64,000 nucleotides of DNA from an uncultured Gammaproteobacteria bacterium (GTDB taxonomy: Bacteria > Pseudomonadota > Gammaproteobacteria > Steroidobacterales > Steroidobacteraceae). Below the pieces are notes generated by a model. It searched no databases. It was given only the letters and a program-made list of their open reading frames with translations, and had not been told where the DNA came from. Shown here in pieces: positions 63,646-64,000 of the stretch; position 1 is the stretch's first letter; the number at the start of each line of letters is the position of its first letter. A program made the translations under genes and the position numbers. The stretch covers positions 23,960 through 87,959 of the forward strand of contig CAWEKK010000014.1 of assembly GCA_963809645.1 (NCBI GenBank). The letters are read 5' to 3'.

Positions 63646-64000
63646 AACCCAGAAATTTCATCTACTTGGCCTCAGGCTCGCCGCGGCGGCGCGAATTGCT
63701 GCAGCAGATCGGCGTGTCTTTTCGGGTCATCGGTGCCGAATTGGATGAATCTGTGCTCGCCGGCGAGGCTCCCGAGGCTTATGTCTCCAGATTGGCCGAG
63801 GCCAAGGCGGCCGCCGGATGGCACCACAGCCGCGCCTCCGTCAGTGCGCCGGTACTGGCGGCCGATACGGCGGTGGTCTTGAGCGGCAAAATTCTCGGCA
63901 AGCCCAAGGACCTGAACGACGCTGCAACCATGCTGCTGCAGCTATCCGGCCGCACCCACCAAGTGCTGACCGCCGTCGCCTTGCGCACCGCCGCCGGCAA
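63642..64000 (+). CDS. maf: Maf-like nucleoside triphosphate pyrophosphatase (3' end outside the window)
   Basis: [19 protein letters not shown]...[44 protein letters not shown]. The GTG start overlaps the rlmH stop (GTGA). Confidence 0.8.
   Translation, partial: MKPRNFIYLASGSPRRRELLQQIGVSFRVIGAELDESVLAGEAPEAYVSRLAEAKAAAGWHHSRASVSAPVLAADTAVVLSGKILGKPKDLNDAATMLLQLSGRTHQVLTAVALRTAAG

Overview
High-GC (~64% by eye), densely coding proteobacterial chromosome with gamma/beta-type housekeeping synteny. I found no rRNA, tRNA, CRISPR array, integrase or transposase.

Three conserved blocks are present:
- miaB-phoH-ybeY-corC-lnt (17.0-22.3 kb)
- leuS-lptE (31.0-34.0 kb)
- holA-nadD-rsfS-rlmH-maf (61.0-64.0 kb)

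These blocks are separated by accessory segments. They hold a ~1425-aa double-kinase hybrid sensor, a second lnt paralog, a MerR-MscS pair, saccharopine dehydrogenase with an Lrp regulator, a glycosyltransferase, a quinohemoprotein alcohol dehydrogenase, feoABC, and several peptidases and hydrolases. The first 16 kb carries folE, a kinase-like/TonB_C pair, pirin, osmC, pyrD, divergent uvrA/ssb, and an IclR-controlled pair of acyl-CoA dehydrogenases plus a Zn-ADH.

The dominant technical feature is roughly 40 hand-counted reading-frame breaks in about 21 otherwise well-conserved genes. They are unevenly distributed: none in 48.7-64 kb or in leuS, but at least 8 in one acyl-CoA synthetase.

Most interesting biologically:
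- a predicted pseudokinase joined or coupled to a TM helix and a TonB C-terminal domain
- the 27-kb block splitting lptE from holA
- an intact lnt paralog beside leuS while the operon copy of lnt is broken
- a SoxR-like three-Cys MerR translationally coupled to an MscS channel
- a ~28% GC stretch between convergent genes

All calls were made by eye from the ORF track and the sequence. Frameshift positions are approximate (about +/-15 nt).
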